From Clostridia bacterium (GTDB taxonomy: Bacteria > Bacillota > Clostridia > TANB77 > CAG-508), in NCBI GenBank assembly GCA_017511265.1, contig JAFWKV010000029.1, positions 547 through 64,546 of the forward strand: a DNA stretch of 64,000 nt. Reading direction: 5' to 3'. Shown piece after piece: positions 39,787-48,981 of the stretch. Position 1 is the first letter of the stretch, and each line of letters opens with the position of its first letter. The notes under the pieces are model-generated. The model was given only the letters and a program-made list of their open reading frames with translations, searched no databases and was not told the origin of the DNA. The position numbers and the translations under genes are program-made.

Positions 39787-42498
39787 CTATTCTTTAATTG
39801 TATTAATTTTAAGCAATTTAAAAATCTCTACTACAACTATTGGAGTAAGCACAAGTAATACTATTTCAAGTATATTTCCAGCAGGCAAAGCTGGTATGCT
39901 AAACATATCTCTTAGTGCTGGTATAAGTAGAATTACAAACATTAATGAGCCTGAAGCAAGTGCTGCCCACAATAGTTTTACATTATTAAATAATCCACCT
40001 GCAAACATTGATCTTTTGTTGTCTCTTACATTAAAGATGTGTACTAATTCTGCAAATGAAAGAACTATAAATGCCATTGTTTGTCCAACTTCTAGTTTTG
40101 TTTGCTCTAAGCTAAGCCCTGTAATTGCTTCATTTGTTGTTCCAATTCCTATCATAAATGCGGCAAGTGTTACAGCTCCTATTACAATTCCTTGGTAAAT
40201 CATTCTATATGTCATTCCAGGTGTAAATACTCCCTTTTTAGGCTCAATTGGTTTTCTTTTCATGAGGTCTTTATTTGCTGGGTCAAATGATAGTGCTAAT
40301 GCTGGTAATGAATCTGTTACAAGATTAATCCATAAAATTTGAATTGGTAGTAATATTTCAACTGATGCAACATTTGCAATTCCAAACCATTTTGCAATTA
40401 GCGGTGCACCAACTGTTGCAACAAATAATGCTACTATTTCTCCAACATTTGTTGATAGTAAATATAATATTACTTTAATGATGTTGTCATATATTCTTCT
40501 TCCTTCTTCTACTGCTGATACTATTGTTGTGAAATTATCGTCTGTTAGAATTACATCTGCAGCTTCTTTTGATACATCTGTACCAACAATTCCCATTGCA
40601 CAACCAATGTCTGCTGTTTTTAATGCTGGGCTATCGTTTACTCCATCTCCTGTCATAGCAACTATTGCATCATTTTTTTGCCATGCCTTTACAATACGTA
40701 CCTTATGTTCTGGCGAAACTCTTGCATATACAGAATAGTTTTTTACATTTTTTTCTAGGTCTTCATCTGTCATTTGTTCAAGTTCACTACCTGTTATTGC
40801 TTCATTTTCATTTTCTAATATTCCTAAACTCTTTGCTATTGCTGTTGCTGTAATTTTATGGTCACCTGTAATCATTACTGTTTTTATTCCTGCTTGCTTA
40901 CATTTTTCAACAGCATCTTTAACTTCTTCACGTGGTGGATCTATCATTCCAACCATTCCTAAGAAGATCAAATTATTTTCCATTGTAAGCATTTCTGCTT
41001 CTGTTGGTTCGTGATCAATTTCTTTATATGCCATTGCCAATACTCTTAATGCATCTTTTGCCATTTCTTCATTTCTTTCATATATGACTTTTTTGTAATT
41101 TTCTAAGTCTGTTTTTATTTCTCCATTTATTGCATAAGAATTTGATACTTGTAGCAATTCGTCCACTCCGCCCTTTGTAAACACTATATATTTTCCGTCA
41201 ATTTTGTTTACAGTTGTCATTAACTTTCTTTCTGAGTCAAATGGAATTTCTCTCATACGTGGCATTTGGTCATATATGCTTGGATCAAAGTCTAGGCTGA
41301 AGCTCATATCTACAAGTGCCGTTTCTGTAGGGTCTCCTGCTAGTCCATCATCTTTTGTTATTTTTGTGTCATTACATAACATACTTGCTAATACTAGTTT
41401 TTTTAATTCTTCATCTTCTACTTTTACGTCTTCAAGTTTTACTAGTTTTCTATTCCAAAATACTTTTTTTACTGTCATTTTGTTTTGCGTTAATGTTCCT
41501 GTTTTATCTGAACATATAACAGTACTGCTTCCTAATGTTTCTACAGATGGTAATTTTTTTATAATTGCATTTTTCTTTACCATATTTTGAACACCTATTG
41601 CCAAAACTATTGTTGTAACAGCAACCATACCTTCTGGTACTACAGCAACTGCCAATGATACAGCCGTCATGAACATTGAAAGTAAGTCTTTTCCTTGCAA
41701 AATACCTATTATAAATATAAATACACATATTGCAAGTGACACTATTCCTAAAGTTTTGCCCAATTTATTTAATTTCATTTGAAGTGGTGTAATTTGCTTT
41801 TCTGCTTTATTTATCATTTGAGCAATTTTTCCAACTTCTGTATTCATTCCTGTTTCTACAACAATTCCTTTTCCTCTACCATATGTAACTAAACTAGAAG
41901 AGAATAGCATATTCTTTCTGTCACCAATTCCTACTTCTTCTTCAATTTCAACAGCATCTTTTTCCACTGGAACTGATTCTCCTGTAAGTGATGATTCTTG
42001 GGTTTTTAGGTTTACAGCTTCGATTACTCTTAAATCTGCAGGTATATAGTCTCCTGTTTCTAATACTACTATATCTCCTGGTACTAGTTCACTTGATGGC
42101 ACTACTACCATACTTCCATTTCGTACTACTTTTGCTGTATGGCTACTTAATTTTTTCAATGCCTCAAGTGATTTTTCTGCTTTTAACTCTTGTGCCACCC
42201 CGATAATTGCATTAACTAATACTACTATTAATATTATGATTGTGTCTGTAAAACCTTCGTCACGCATTACTCCAACTATTCCAGATACGATAGCTGCTGC
42301 TATAAGAACTATTATCATAAAGTCTTTAAATTGTGCTAAAAATCTTTGAAAAATTGATGTTTTAGCCGTTTCTTGAATCTCATTTAATCCATATTTCTTT
42401 TTTCTTTCTTCAACTTGCTCCATTATTAGACCTTCTTCTAGATCTACATTTAAGTCTTGCTTTGTTTCTTCAACTGTTTTTTGAAACCATTGTTTCAT
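39787..42498 (-). CDS. Calcium-translocating P-type ATPase (P2A/P2B type)
   Basis: Contains the phosphorylation site CSDKTGTLTQN, TGES, MITGDH, GDGVNDSPALK and 10 TM helices. The start is taken at MKQWFQK (ATG 42498, after AAAGGAGAAAAAG); the ORF-track extension to 42576 is repeat sequence. Confidence 0.93.
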   Translation of the reverse strand: MKQWFQKTVEETKQDLNVDLEEGLIMEQVEERKKKYGLNEIQETAKTSIFQRFLAQFKDFMIIVLIAAAIVSGIVGVMRDEGFTDTIIILIVVLVNAIIGVAQELKAEKSLEALKKLSSHTAKVVRNGSMVVVPSSELVPGDIVVLETGDYIPADLRVIEAVNLKTQESSLTGESVPVEKDAVEIEEEVGIGDRKNMLFSSSLVTYGRGKGIVVETGMNTEVGKIAQMINKAEKQITPLQMKLNKLGKTLGIVSLAICVFIFIIGILQGKDLLSMFMTAVSLAVAVVPEGMVAVTTIVLAIGVQNMVKKNAIIKKLPSVETLGSSTVICSDKTGTLTQNKMTVKKVFWNRKLVKLEDVKVEDEELKKLVLASMLCNDTKITKDDGLAGDPTETALVDMSFSLDFDPSIYDQMPRMREIPFDSERKLMTTVNKIDGKYIVFTKGGVDELLQVSNSYAINGEIKTDLENYKKVIYERNEEMAKDALRVLAMAYKEIDHEPTEAEMLTMENNLIFLGMVGMIDPPREEVKDAVEKCKQAGIKTVMITGDHKITATAIAKSLGILENENEAITGSELEQMTDEDLEKNVKNYSVYARVSPEHKVRIVKAWQKNDAIVAMTGDGVNDSPALKTADIGCAMGIVGTDVSKEAADVILTDDNFTTIVSAVEEGRRIYDNIIKVILYLLSTNVGEIVALFVATVGAPLIAKWFGIANVASVEILLPIQILWINLVTDSLPALALSFDPANKDLMKRKPIEPKKGVFTPGMTYRMIYQGIVIGAVTLAAFMIGIGTTNEAITGLSLEQTKLEVGQTMAFIVLSFAELVHIFNVRDNKRSMFAGGLFNNVKLLWAALASGSLMFVILLIPALRDMFSIPALPAGNILEIVLLVLTPIVVVEIFKLLKINTIKE

Positions 42499-42522
42499 AC
42501 ACTTTTTCTCCTTTCTTTTGTA

Positions 42523-42577
42523 GTTGTCAATGGGGACGCTTTCGAAGTTGTCATTTAGAACCGTCCCAATTGACAAC
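42523..42577. repeat. B-type GGGACGG element: a truncated arm plus a complete hairpin
   Basis: GTTGTCAATGGGGACGC-TTTCGAA-GTTGTCATTTAGAACCGTCCCAATTGACAAC lies directly upstream of the ATPase RBS. Confidence 0.88.
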
Positions 42578-42578
42578 T

Positions 42579-42637
42579 AAAAATAAAAATAGACTCTTAA
42601 AAGAAATAGCCTCTTTAGGTATTTCTTCTAAAAGTCT
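42579..42637 (-). terminator. Rho-independent terminator downstream of tRNA-Glu
   Basis: On the minus strand, AGACTTTTAGAAGAAATAC...CTATTTCTTTTAAGAGTCT (19-bp stem) is followed by ATTTTTATTTTT. Confidence 0.7.
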
Positions 42638-42719
42638 CGCTTGCTTTAATGAAAAGCTTATTAACCAGATACTAATGTATCGCGACTGTTGATTAATAAT
42701 TAAAAGCTACTCCCTTTTT

Positions 42720-42794
42720 TGGTAGCCCGTACGGGAATCGAACCCATGATTCCACCTTGAGAGGGTGGCGTCTTAACCGCTTGACCAACGGGCC
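42720..42794 (-). tRNA. tRNA-Glu (anticodon CUC)
   Basis: The reverse complement is GGCCCGTTGGTCAAGCGGTTAAGACGCCACCCTCTCAAGGTGGAATCATGGGTTCGATTCCCGTACGGGCTACCA. It folds into a cloverleaf with a 7-bp acceptor stem, the anticodon loop CU-CUC-AA, a TTCGATT T-loop and an encoded CCA. Confidence 0.9.
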
Positions 42795-42823
42795 TTAAAC
42801 TTTTTATATTTTACCATAAGCTT

Positions 42824-43228
42824 TTATGTATTGTCAAGAGATTTTGAAAGAAGCTCTTGCAATCTTTCATTCTGTTTTGTCAAATACAAATAGCCAATTA
42901 AAGCTTCAAATGCAGTTGCATACATATATTCTTGTACACTTGAATTTTTAGGTAGATGATGATTTTCTGCATTTCTTCCTCTACGTATTATATCTTTTTC
43001 TGCTTCTGTTAAATCATCATATATTTTGTTTAAAATTTCTGCTTGTGCTCCAGCTTTAACATATTTTATTGCTTCTATATGTAATTTATGTGGTTTTAAG
43101 TGTGTTGTGTTAACTAGATGTGTACGTATAAATAATTCATATACGCAGTCACCTACATATGCCCATGTGAGTGGTGACATTACTTGTACTTCTTCTGTAG
43201 ATTTTTCTAATTTTATAAATTCTTCCAT
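42824..43228 (-). CDS. mrnC: Mini-ribonuclease III
   Basis: 134 aa with LTWAYVGDCVYELFIR and EALIGYLYL, which are typical of Mini-III. The start is taken at MEEFIKL (ATG 43228, after AAGGAGGAAAA). Confidence 0.85.
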   Translation of the reverse strand: MEEFIKLEKSTEEVQVMSPLTWAYVGDCVYELFIRTHLVNTTHLKPHKLHIEAIKYVKAGAQAEILNKIYDDLTEAEKDIIRRGRNAENHHLPKNSSVQEYMYATAFEALIGYLYLTKQNERLQELLSKSLDNT

Positions 43229-43239
43229 TTTTCCTCCTT

Positions 43240-43268
43240 GTGTCAATTAAGCCCGTCCCCATTGACAC
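43240..43268. repeat. B-type GGGACGG hairpin at the rbgA/mrnC junction
   Basis: GTGTCAATTAAGCCCGTCCCCATTGACAC encodes the last codons (CVNGDGLN*) of rbgA and ends 4 nt before the mrnC SD. Confidence 0.9.
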
Positions 43269-44157
43269 ACTTTTCTAATGTTATTTTTCCTATTGTTCCA
43301 CTTCTAAATTCGTCTAAGATTATTCTTGCTGTTTTTTCTTCATCTATGTTTCCACCTGACATTATAGCTCCTCTTTTTTTGCCTATTAAAAGTACTATGT
43401 CATATATATTAACATTTTCAGGTTCGTCTCTATTTAGTATTTCTTCTACTTCTTCTGGCTTTATTTTATACCTTTTTAATAAATTTTCTCTGTAATTTTC
43501 TAGTAGATATTTTATTAAGTAATACGCAATGTCTGTTCTTTCTAGTATGTTATCTTTTATTGTTCCTGTGAAAGCTAAATTTAGTGCTACTTCTTGGCTT
43601 TCGAATTTAGGCCACAAAACTCCTGGTGTGTCTAATAATTCTATGTTGTCATTTATACGTATCCATTGATTTTGTCTTGTTACTCCAGGTCTATTAGCAA
43701 CCTGAACTGCTCCTTTTTTTGCTATTCTATTTATTAATGATGATTTTCCTACATTCGGTATTCCTAAAATCATTGCCCTTATTTTTCTGCCTACTCTGCC
43801 TTTTTGTGCTAATTTTTCTAAGTCTTCCTTCATTGTTTGTTCTATAAGTTTTATTGCTTCTTTTATTCCTCTTCCAGTATTTGCATCTGTTAGTACTGCT
43901 GGAGTCCCCTGGGTTTTAAAATATTCTATCCATTTTTTATTTTGAATTTCATCTGATAGGTCGCTTTTGTTTAATATTATTATTTTCTTTTTTCCTTTGG
44001 TTATTTCCGCTATATCAGGATTCTGGCTAGATATTGGTATTCTACTGTCTAATAGTTCTACTACTACATCTATTAGTTTTAAATCTTCTTTGATTTTTCT
44101 TTTTGTTTTTGCCATGTGTCCTGGATACCAGTTAATATTAGTTTTATTATCGTTCAA
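43243..44157 (-). CDS. rbgA: Ribosome biogenesis GTPase A (YlqF/RbgA)
   Basis: 304 aa with WYPGHMAKT and circularly permuted GTPase motifs (NKSDL ... GIPNVGKSSLINR ... DTPG). Confidence 0.92.
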   Translation of the reverse strand: MNDNKTNINWYPGHMAKTKRKIKEDLKLIDVVVELLDSRIPISSQNPDIAEITKGKKKIIILNKSDLSDEIQNKKWIEYFKTQGTPAVLTDANTGRGIKEAIKLIEQTMKEDLEKLAQKGRVGRKIRAMILGIPNVGKSSLINRIAKKGAVQVANRPGVTRQNQWIRINDNIELLDTPGVLWPKFESQEVALNLAFTGTIKDNILERTDIAYYLIKYLLENYRENLLKRYKIKPEEVEEILNRDEPENVNIYDIVLLIGKKRGAIMSGGNIDEEKTARIILDEFRSGTIGKITLEKCVNGDGLN

Positions 44158-44233
44158 TTATATCACTTCCTATTTTTTGTCATACAAGCAGAATTACTTT
44201 ATATTTAACTTTTTTTGTATTCTGTGTATCCTT

Positions 44234-44959
44234 TTAAATCTTTTTATTAGTTTTCAATTTACTGACATCAAATTTTTCTTTCTTTTTATTTTTGTAATCT
44301 ACTAAATATTCTTTTAATGATTTAGTTTGCTTAAATGGATTCATAAAAGAATATTTTTCTTTTCTCTTATTTTGTTCATCTTTTATGTGCACTTTTAATT
44401 GTTCATATTTGACAGTAAAGTTGTTTTCTTTAGCATATTGTTTAATCTTACTATACAACTTACTTGAATAAAAATAGTCTATTATTATGAAACCTGTGAA
44501 TAATCCAAGTGTGTATGAAAATGCTAAATTTTCTCCAAACCAGTCTAAAGCATGCATTACATAAGGAGCAAGTATAAAGTAATATACTCCTCCTATCGCA
44601 GTCCATATAGCACTAAAAAGTGGACATATTACTCCTTTATAGTTTCCCCATTGATTACTATAATCCCATAATCTAATATTATTTTTAAGCCCCATTAATC
44701 CTCCTATAAGTTCGATTAAAGTCATAAAAAGTCCCATTAATAAAACTATAATGATAGGATTCAAATCACTATCTTTAAATAATAAAAATATCACCGTTAA
44801 GGTTACTAGTCCAAATCCATATATAGGCAAATATGGTCCTATTAAGAATCCTGGATTAACCCATTTGCCATGAACAATCCTTCTGAAAAATAGTTCTAAT
44901 ATCCATCCTATGGTACATCCTATATAAAATATAAAAATAAATTGTAATAAAATATTCAT
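44234..44959 (-). CDS. Polytopic membrane protein (putative ABC-transporter type IV / DUF1113-like)
   Basis: 241 aa. N-terminus IGCTIGWILELFFRR...GPYLPIYGFG, ~5 TM helices and a Lys-rich tail. Confidence 0.5.
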   Translation of the reverse strand: MNILLQFIFIFYIGCTIGWILELFFRRIVHGKWVNPGFLIGPYLPIYGFGLVTLTVIFLLFKDSDLNPIIIVLLMGLFMTLIELIGGLMGLKNNIRLWDYSNQWGNYKGVICPLFSAIWTAIGGVYYFILAPYVMHALDWFGENLAFSYTLGLFTGFIIIDYFYSSKLYSKIKQYAKENNFTVKYEQLKVHIKDEQNKRKEKYSFMNPFKQTKSLKEYLVDYKNKKKEKFDVSKLKTNKKI

Positions 44960-45044
44960 TTAATTATAACTCCTTTAAAAAAATTTATTAAAATCCATTA
45001 TATTTTAGCATAAACATAATTATTTTTCAAATAAGGTATTTGTA

Positions 45045-45079
45045 TCAATAAAACACTCTAGCAGTTTCCCACTAGAGTG
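45045..45079 (-). terminator. Rho-independent terminator after the 42-aa ORF
   Basis: On the minus strand, CACTCTAGTGGGAAACTGCTAGAGTG is followed by TTTTATT. Confidence 0.65.
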
Positions 45080-45089
45080 CCTTAATAGC

Positions 45090-45218
45090 TTAAGCAGTTA
45101 GGACAACAAGTCCAGTTATTGCAAAAGCTATAATGCATACACGGCGTATATGCACATTTTTTTTGTACTGGTTCTTTGCCATTACGGCAAAGCGCCAGTA
45201 GCCGTAGTAAGATGGCAT
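45090..45218 (-). CDS. Small membrane peptide (42 aa), absent from the ORF track
   Basis: MPSYYGYWRFAVMAKNQYKKNVHIRRVCIIAFAITGLVVLTA. The ATG follows GGAGGGAGGTGGCA. It has a basic middle and a C-terminal TM helix. Hand count gives ~41% GC (53/129). Confidence 0.55.
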   Translation of the reverse strand: MPSYYGYWRFAVMAKNQYKKNVHIRRVCIIAFAITGLVVLTA

Positions 45219-45261
45219 TGCCACCTCCCTCCATTTGCTTTAGGCTTTTCCTGTATTTATT

Positions 45262-45290
45262 ATTATACCATATTTTCCCAAAAAAAGCAA
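45262..45290 (-). promoter_or_regulatory. Near-consensus sigma-A promoter (TTGCTT-17 nt-TATAAT, TGg extended -10) for the 42-aa ORF
   Basis: Minus strand reads TTGCTTTTTTTGGGAAAATATGGTATAAT, starting 5 nt after the glucoamylase stop. Confidence 0.6.
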
Positions 45291-45294
45291 ATTA

Positions 45295-47253
45295 TTACTT
45301 ATTCATCATTTTTTCCATAACAATAATAAACATTGCATGTGACCAGCCTAAGCCCAAAACCCAATTTGGTTTTAATGTACTGTTATCAATTTGTTCTCCT
45401 AAAAAGCTGTGTTTTCCAACAGTTTTTAAGACAAAATCAAATGTTTCTTTTGCTTTTTTCTTTTCTCCTTTTTCTAAGTAGTATAAGGTCATCCATAAGT
45501 TAGCAATTGGCCAAGGATTACCATTCATGTAATGGTCGCCCTCAAATCTTTGATATCCTCCTGTATATGTTCTTAATGTTAAATTGATTTTTTCTATTGT
45601 GTTTTGAACTTTCTTCTCTTTTGGTGTAAATACACTAAATGGAACGACACTACCTATTATGCTTATATCCATTTTTTTATCTTCTGTATTACGTACATAT
45701 GATTTTTTTTCTTCATCATATAAATTATTGTTAATGAATTTTTTTATTTCTGATTGAAGATTTTCAATTTCTTTTACAGATTTATTTATTTTTTCTTCTT
45801 TTAGTCTATTTCCTTCAAAATTCGAAACACCTTTACCAAGTTTTTTATAAATTTTTTGAATGCAATCAAATGCCGCATATATACTTGCAAGTGAATATAA
45901 ATGTATTCCTTCATTCATTTCCCATAAGTCATAGCTTATATGTATTTTTTCTTTATTTGCATATTTGCTATTTTCTATTTCTTTTTTTACTACATCATTA
46001 TTTAAATCCGGTATTTCTAAATTTTGTTTAACATATTTTTTCAAAAATTCTATTGCCTTTTCACACATACGTAAATTGTCTTTTAAAAATTTTTCGTCTT
46101 TAGTATATTCATAGTGTGAATATACTCCATATACTACACTTGCAGTTTCATCTATTTGATACCCCCAACAAGGTGCTAATTTTCCATCTGTGTAAAATCG
46201 TTGTTCCCACATGCCATTTTTGCTTTGTGTAGTTTTGCAAAATATTTTATAAAACTTGTCTGTTTCTTTTGTCATTTTTAATATATCTAGTGCTTTTGTT
46301 ATAAATACTGCATCACGTGGCCAGCAGTACGCATATCTTCCACAAAAATTACGTTCTTCATCTACTTCAGGAGCAGCTATAATACCTCCTGTTTCAGAAT
46401 TCATTAATAATGGAAATAATAATATACTTCTTAAATATACTTCTTGCATTTTTTCTTCATACGAATTTTTTGGCTCTTTTATATTTAATCCATTATGATC
46501 TTTTACATATTTTCTCCAATATGATTTTGTTTTTGAATATTCTTTTTGTAAATCGATTTTTTTTATTCTTTCAATTTCTTCTTCTATTTTTTGAATTCCT
46601 TTTGTGTTTTCTGCAATTGATATACATATTTCAATTACTTTTTTCTCATTAGGTTTTATTGTACCTAAATCATAGCTTATGCTTGAGTCTTTTGACATTC
46701 CTATATAATCTTTGTCTTGTATTATACCACTTAATATTGTATCATTACTTCCATTTATTTGATGGCTTAATAGCTTTACAGATTTTGCAAATGTACTTAC
46801 TGTGAAGTCATGTGCATATTGAATCATTCCTCCATCAATAACTTTTGCAGATACAAAGTTATTGTTATCTGATAATAATTCTGAATGTATAAGAAAGTTT
46901 AAATCAAGCTCTATATTGTTGTCATTAATAAATTCATATCTTCTAACTAAAATATCTTCTTTTAATGGCATAAAGTCTGTTTGTAAGATTTTTAACTTAA
47001 AATATGTGTTAGTAATTTCTGTATTTAAAATATTTGTATCTGTATCATAATATTGTTTATATGTGTTGTTTACATCTTCATGCAAATATATTAATGCAGA
47101 ATCATTTACTTTAATTCCTGTATGATAAAAGTTTAAGTATTGTCTATTATCTCTACTTGGAAAATATAGTCTTTGTAATTCTCCTTTTAATGTTAATGTT
47201 GCAAGCATACTTTTATTTCCGATTATTGCTTCATTTAAATATTTGTTAATCAT
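45295..47253 (-). CDS. Glycoside hydrolase family 15 (glucoamylase/glucodextranase-like)
   Basis: 652 aa with an N-terminal beta-sandwich and an (alpha/alpha)6 catalytic domain (YCWPRDA, WEQRF, LWEMNEG, GYQRFEGD.Y, W..A). Confidence 0.8.
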   Translation of the reverse strand: MINKYLNEAIIGNKSMLATLTLKGELQRLYFPSRDNRQYLNFYHTGIKVNDSALIYLHEDVNNTYKQYYDTDTNILNTEITNTYFKLKILQTDFMPLKEDILVRRYEFINDNNIELDLNFLIHSELLSDNNNFVSAKVIDGGMIQYAHDFTVSTFAKSVKLLSHQINGSNDTILSGIIQDKDYIGMSKDSSISYDLGTIKPNEKKVIEICISIAENTKGIQKIEEEIERIKKIDLQKEYSKTKSYWRKYVKDHNGLNIKEPKNSYEEKMQEVYLRSILLFPLLMNSETGGIIAAPEVDEERNFCGRYAYCWPRDAVFITKALDILKMTKETDKFYKIFCKTTQSKNGMWEQRFYTDGKLAPCWGYQIDETASVVYGVYSHYEYTKDEKFLKDNLRMCEKAIEFLKKYVKQNLEIPDLNNDVVKKEIENSKYANKEKIHISYDLWEMNEGIHLYSLASIYAAFDCIQKIYKKLGKGVSNFEGNRLKEEKINKSVKEIENLQSEIKKFINNNLYDEEKKSYVRNTEDKKMDISIIGSVVPFSVFTPKEKKVQNTIEKINLTLRTYTGGYQRFEGDHYMNGNPWPIANLWMTLYYLEKGEKKKAKETFDFVLKTVGKHSFLGEQIDNSTLKPNWVLGLGWSHAMFIIVMEKMMNK

Positions 47254-47260
47254 TTATATA

Positions 47261-48907
47261 CTACCCCTCAATTATATTTACAATTTGTTTTTCTAATTCC
47301 TTAATTTTTTCATTAATTCTAAACATATCTTCATCTTTTAAATTAACATCTTCTACATCTTTTCTTACATATTCGTCCATATCTTTAAGTTCTTCTTTTA
47401 ATTTATTTAGTCTCTTAATAATTTCTAATTTAATCTTCTTAGTTTTTCTAATATGAATCTTATCTGTCATTTGAATTTCATCACTTAATTCATAGGTTTC
47501 TCCTAAGTCTGGAATTGTTACTCCTATGTTTGTTTCTGTTAATATTTTATCTTTTAATACTTCTTGTGATTCTTCTTCTCCATGAACTAAAAAAATGTGT
47601 TTTGGCTTTTCAATAAATGAATATATAAAGTTCATAAGCCATTCTTGATCAGCATGCCCTGAATAACCTTCTATATATTCAATACGAGCATTTACTGCAA
47701 TTTCTTCACCAAATATTTTTACCATCTTTGCTCCATTAACAATTTTATGTCCTAATGTTCCTGGAGCTTGATATCCTACAAAAAGTATTGTATTACTTGG
47801 ATCCCATAAATTATGTTTTAAATGATGTTTTATTCTTCCAACTTCACACATACCACTTGCAGAAATAATTATGCAAGGTTCTGGGTTTTCATTAAGTGCT
47901 TTTGAATCATCTGCAGTAAGTGTAAACTTTAAATCAGGAAATTCTAATGGATTATCTCCACTTGCAATTAGTTTTTGTGTTTCTTCGTCAAATAAATTCA
48001 TATTCTCTTTAAATACTTCTGTTGCAGAAATTGCGAGTGGACTGTCAACATATACTGGTGCTTTCATTATTTTTTCATATTTTCTTTGGAATTCTTCATC
48101 TTCCTTGTGTTGTTCTTTTAAATTATTAATTTCATATAAAATTTCTTGTGTTCTTCCTACTGCAAATGATGGAATGATTACTGTTCCATTTTTATCTAAT
48201 GTATCTGCTACTATATTTAAAAATTTCTCAGCTTTATTTTGGTCTTGTACATGAAGTCTACTTCCATAAGTAGATTCCATTACTAAATAGTCTGTTTTGT
48301 CTATCATTGTTGGTGAATCTAGTAGTGGTATATCGTTATTTCCTAAGTCCCCAGTAAATACAACCTTTTTTTCTTCTCCATCTTCTTTTATCCATACCTC
48401 AATAATAGCAGAACCTAGCATATGTCCAGCATCATTAAATCTTACATGTATGTTTTCATCTATGTCGTAAATTTCATCATAATTTACTGGTACAAATAGT
48501 TCTAATGACTTTACCGCATCCTCTGCCGTATATAGTGGAGGTATTGGCTTTAAACCTTGTCTTATCCTTTTTTTATTTTTCCATTGAATTTCTGTTTCTT
48601 GAATATGTCCGCTATCTGGAAGCATCAAACTACATAAATCACATGTTGCTTTATGTGTATATATTGGGTTTTTAAATCCCTCATTGTATAGTTTTGGTAT
48701 TCTTCCTGAGTGGTCTATGTGTGCATGTGTTAGCAGCATAAAATCTATTTCTGTTGGATTAAAACTAAATGGTTCATCATTTTCTAATTCCAATTCAGCT
48801 TTTCCTTGGTACATTCCACAGTCTACTAAAAATTTTTTTCCTGCTGCTTCTACTAAAAAGTTTGAACCTGTTACTGTCTTTGCTGCTCCTAAAAACGTAA
48901 TTTTCAT
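47261..48907 (-). CDS. MBL-fold beta-CASP ribonuclease (CPSF73/TTHA0252-like)
   Basis: 548 aa with the metallo-beta-lactamase motif HAHIDHSG, beta-CASP motifs and the C-terminal motif HGE. Confidence 0.8.
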   Translation of the reverse strand: MKITFLGAAKTVTGSNFLVEAAGKKFLVDCGMYQGKAELELENDEPFSFNPTEIDFMLLTHAHIDHSGRIPKLYNEGFKNPIYTHKATCDLCSLMLPDSGHIQETEIQWKNKKRIRQGLKPIPPLYTAEDAVKSLELFVPVNYDEIYDIDENIHVRFNDAGHMLGSAIIEVWIKEDGEEKKVVFTGDLGNNDIPLLDSPTMIDKTDYLVMESTYGSRLHVQDQNKAEKFLNIVADTLDKNGTVIIPSFAVGRTQEILYEINNLKEQHKEDEEFQRKYEKIMKAPVYVDSPLAISATEVFKENMNLFDEETQKLIASGDNPLEFPDLKFTLTADDSKALNENPEPCIIISASGMCEVGRIKHHLKHNLWDPSNTILFVGYQAPGTLGHKIVNGAKMVKIFGEEIAVNARIEYIEGYSGHADQEWLMNFIYSFIEKPKHIFLVHGEEESQEVLKDKILTETNIGVTIPDLGETYELSDEIQMTDKIHIRKTKKIKLEIIKRLNKLKEELKDMDEYVRKDVEDVNLKDEDMFRINEKIKELEKQIVNIIEG

Positions 48908-48929
48908 TTATATCATCCTTTCTTGTAAT

Positions 48930-48963
48930 TGATTTTTTTGACACAACCCCGACCCAAAAATCA
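48930..48963. repeat. Degenerate GGGACGG-type hairpin (loop GGGTCGGGG on the minus strand)
   Basis: In TGATTTTTTTGACACAACCCCGACCCAAAAATCA, the stem is TGATTTTT/AAAAATCA. It is intergenic. Confidence 0.55.
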
Positions 48964-48981
48964 TCGTCCTAAAAAAAGCAA

